Below are positions 60,326 to 64,000 of a stretch of 64,000 nt of DNA, piece by piece. Each line of letters begins with the position of its first letter. Within the stretch, counting starts at the first letter, position 1. Source of the stretch: Octopus sinensis (Eukaryota). Where the stretch lies: NCBI RefSeq assembly GCF_006345805.1, contig NW_021833817.1, forward strand, positions 20,311 to 84,310, written 5' to 3'. A program made the translations under genes and the position numbers. The notes below the pieces were generated by a model. That model worked only from the letters and a program-made list of their open reading frames with translations, did no database searches and was not told the origin of the DNA.

Positions 60326-63300
60326 TCTTAATAATAAAATGGTATGGTGTGTGTCTGTCTGTCTGTCTGTCTGTGTGTCTGTCTGTGTGTCTGTCTGTCT
60401 GTCTGTCTGTGTGTGCACACCAACTTCAAATTGGCAATACGATGTCCTCGACTTACATGATGAGGTCCTTAAAACCTTCCCCCCAAAAAAAATTAAAAAA
60501 AATTTTTCTGCGTTTTGGTCAAAATGAACAACTACGATGTCCTCGACTTACATGATGAGGTCCTTAAAACCTCCCCCCCCAAAAAAAATTAAAAAAAAAT
60601 TTTCTGCATTTTGGTTAAAATGAACAACTACGATGTCCTCGACTTACATGATGAGGTCCTTAAAACCTTCCCCCCCAAAAAAAAAAAAAAAATTTTCTGC
60701 ATTTTGGTTAAAATGAACAACTACGATGTCCTCGACTTACATGATGAGGTCCTTAAAACCTCCCCCCAAAAAAATTAAAAAAAAATTTTTCTGCATTTTG
60801 GTTAAAATGAACAACTACGATGTCCTCGACTTACATGATGAAGTCCTTAAAACCTTCCCCCCAAAAAAATTAAAAAAAAATTATCTGCATTTTGGTTAAA
60901 ATGAACAACTACAATGTCCTCGACTTACATGATGAAGTCCTTAAAACCTTCCCCCCCAAAAAAATTAAAAAAAAATTTTCTGCATTTTGGTTAAAATGAA
61001 CAACTACAATGTCCTCGACTTACATGATGAAGTCCTTAAAACCTTCCCCCCAAAAAAAAAAATTAAAAAAAATTTTCTGCATTTTGGTTAAAATGAACAA
61101 CTACAATGTCCTCGACTTACATGATGAAGTCCTTAAAACCTTCCCCCAAAAAAAATTAAAAAAAAATTTTCTGCATTTTGGTTAAAATGAACAACTAGAA
61201 TGTCCTCGACTTACATGATGAAGTCCTTAAAACCTTCCCCCCCAAAAAAATTAAAAAAAAATTTCTGCATTTTGGTTGTTAAAATGAACAACTACAATGT
61301 CCTCGACTTACATGATGAAGTCCTTAAAACCTTCCCCCCAAAAAAAATTAAAAAAAAATTTTCTGCATTTTGGTTAAAATGAACAACTACAATGTCCTCG
61401 ACTTACATGATGAAGTCCTTAAAACCTTCCCCCCAAAAAAATTAAAAAAAAATTTTCTGCATTTTGGTTAAAATGAACAACTACAATGTCCTCGACTTAC
61501 ATGATGAAGTCCTTAAAACCTTCCCCCAAAAAAAATTAAAAAAAAATTTCTGCATTTTGGTTAAAATGAACAACTACGATGTCCTCGACTTACATGATGA
61601 AGTCCTTAAAACCTTCCCCCAAAAAAATTAAAAAAAAATTTTCTGCATTTTGGTTAAAATGAACAACTACAATGTCCTCGACTTACATGATGAAGTCCTT
61701 AAAACCTTCCCCCCAAAAAAAATTAAAAAAAAATTTTCTGCATTTTGGTTAAAATGAACAACTACATGTCCTCGACTTACATGATGAAGTCCTTAAAACC
61801 TTCCCCCAAAAAAAATTAAAAAAAATTTTCTGCATTTTGGTTAAAATGAACAACTACGATGTCCTCGACTTACATGATGAAGTCCTTAAAACCTTCCCCC
61901 CAAAAAAATTAAAAAAAAATTTTCTGCATTTTGGTTAAAATGAACAACTACAATGTCCTCGACTTACATGATGAAGTCCTTAAAACCTTCCCCCAAAAAA
62001 AATTAAAAAAAATTTTCTGCATTTTGGTTAAAATGAACAACTACAATGTCCTCGACTTACATGATGAAGTCCTTAAAACCTTCCCCCCAAAAAAATTAAA
62101 AAAAAATTTTCTGCATTTTGGTTAAAATGAACAACTAGAATGTCCTCGACTTACATGATGAAGTCCTTAAAACCTTCCCCCCCAAAAAAATTAAAAAAAA
62201 ATTTCTGCATTTTGGTTAAAATGAACAACTACAATGTCCTCGATTTACATGATGAAGTCCTTAAAACCTTCCCCCCCAAAAAAATTAAAAAAAAATTTTC
62301 TGCATTTTGGTTAAAATGAACAACGCGAATGTCCTCGACTTACATGATGAAGTCCTTAAAACCTTCCCCCCCAAAAAAAATTAAAAAAAATTTTCTGCAT
62401 TTTGGTTAAAATGAACAACTACAATGTCCTCGACTTACATGATGAAGTCCTTAAACCTTCCCCCCAAAAAAAATTAAAAAAAAATTTCTGCATTTTGGTT
62501 AAAATGAACAACTACAATGTCCTCGACTTACATGATGAAGTCCTTAAAACCTTCCCCCCAAAAAAAATTAAAAAAAAATTTTCTGCATTTTGGTTAAAAT
62601 GAACAACTAGAATGTCCTCGACTTACATGATGAAGTCCTTAAAACCTTCCCCCCCAAAAAAATTAAAAAAAAAATTTCTGCATTTTGGTTAAAATGAACA
62701 ACTACAATGTCCTCGATTTACATGATGAAGTCCTTAAAACCTTCCCCCCAAAAAAAATTAAAAAAAAATTTTCTGCATTTTGGTTAAAATGAACAACGCG
62801 AATGTCCTCGACATTCATGATGAGGTCCATTAAAACCTTCAAGGCAAAAATCTCACGTATTAAGAATATCCTTGATGAAAACGACAGCGAGAATATTAAC
62901 AATGATGAACTCCCAATTATTCGCGATAAAGAAATTCAATTCATCCTATGTTTTTCTCTTTAAAATTAAATGCATATATCATTATCGACCATGAATCAAA
63001 ATTAAAGCTATTATCATATTTGACTTTGACAGAATGTGCACTCACAGATTGCACGACTTTGAATAGAGTGTGCAATTAACAGATTTTGAAAAACCACTTT
63101 GATGGTTGAAACCACATTAGCACAATCATTAACACAATTTACCACCAATTGACGCACGACCTTGAATAGAGTGTGCAATTAACAGATTTTGAAAAACACT
63201 TTGATAGTTGAAACCACATTAGCACAACCATTAACACAATTTACCACCAAATGACAGCGCAATCAGAAGAATTTGCGTAAAAATATTAACTATTTACTTG

Positions 63301-63925
63301 AGTTTTTCGTAAAGATAGAATTTATTTTCGGTATGCCTCTTTTCCTAAACTTTTTTATTATTCAAAAATAATTTTTTAAATAGATAACCGAAGGAGGAAA
63401 AACGAGGCTGAAGAAAAAACGGTCAGCTTAATAAGGTAATTAATTAAATCTTTTTTGTGTGTCGCTTTCTTGCCTGCCGCATTTCCGCCTGCCGCATCTC
63501 CCCCTGCCCCATTTCCGCCAGTAAAAAACAAAAAAATAAAAAAAGAAAAAAAAGGAAATTACAAAGGAAAAATGAAAAAATTAAATATAAAAAATAATAA
63601 ACCACAAAAAATGAAAAAAAAAAGTTTGCAATGACAATAAACAAGGCCCAGGGACAGTCATTAATGGTAGTTGGGTTATTTTTAGAGAGTGAGTGCTTTT
63701 CACATGGACAGCTGTATGTGGGATGCTCGAGGGTAGGCAGAAGAGAAAATTTATTCATATATGCCAAGGAAGGACGGACGACAAACATCGTTTATCAACA
63801 GGCGATAGAATAGGGTTACATTAAACCAGGTAGTTTTATACATCTACATAAACTTATAGTTGTTTGATGAAACAGGCCCTCCGCAGGAGCTAGGTCGCGG
63901 TGAGCGAAGCGAGCTGCCGAGCTAG
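60326..63925 (+). mobile_element. Non-autonomous Helitron, copy 2
   Basis: Near-identical to 35600-37493 outside the array; TC start, helicase tail ORF 63631-63813, hairpin plus CTAG|T. Confidence 0.88.
60441..62840 (+). repeat. About 95-bp tandem repeat, 25 full units plus one partial, inside Helitron copy 2
   Basis: Same unit as 35691-36391; units counted by eye. Confidence 0.95.
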
Positions 63926-64000
63926 TTACTAAATAAAATTGTGTGCTATGGCAACATGAGTGACCATGTTGAGCTGACAGGGGATAGGTATGTAAGAGAG

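Noticed and set aside
35500-60326. Both Helitrons lying just after CH-domain gene fragments (targeting or capture)
   Set aside because: Only two cases, flanks share no sequence and both elements start at the same TC; probably chance.
60441-62840. CRISPR-like appearance of the 95-bp arrays
   Set aside because: No unique spacers, no cas genes, eukaryotic context; arrays are internal to Helitrons.
61200-62902. Short repeated ORFs (MVKMNNYNVLDLHDEV..) in the arrays
   Set aside because: Products of repeat periodicity; frames shift with homopolymer length.
1-64000. tRNA, rRNA, snRNA or spliced-leader genes
   Set aside because: None recognisable by eye; a covariance-model scan would be needed to exclude divergent ones.

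Overview
AT-rich eukaryotic (animal-type) genomic DNA dominated by decayed transposons and broken host-gene fragments. Splicing is by very small (about 20-30 nt) GT-AG introns. Together with MBT, spectrin-family and cathepsin-L sequences this points to a reduced animal parasite genome such as a myxozoan (inference only). One host gene looks intact (VRK-family kinase, 50002-51471) and an MBT-repeat gene runs off the left edge. Cathepsin L, a GLUT transporter, a spectrin-family actin-binding domain, GATB, CNOT1 and EB1 occur only as intron-containing, truncated or frameshifted fragments. Mobile DNA includes about ten CRE-like RLE retrotransposon pieces, R4-like, RTE-like and I/Jockey-like LINE pieces, hAT, pogo and Tc1/IS630 remnants, two Ginger-like integrase transposon subfamilies, two copies of a non-autonomous Helitron carrying a 95-bp VNTR (7 vs 25 units), a TIR element carrying a telomere-like array, and a 230-bp foldback. 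The most striking observation is a 29-nt intron in a Ginger-like integrase gene that is a near-copy of the adjacent exon and is absent from the sister subfamily, i.e. an apparent intron birth by tandem duplication. All protein identifications are by-eye motif recognition without database searches, and most boundaries of decayed elements are approximate.
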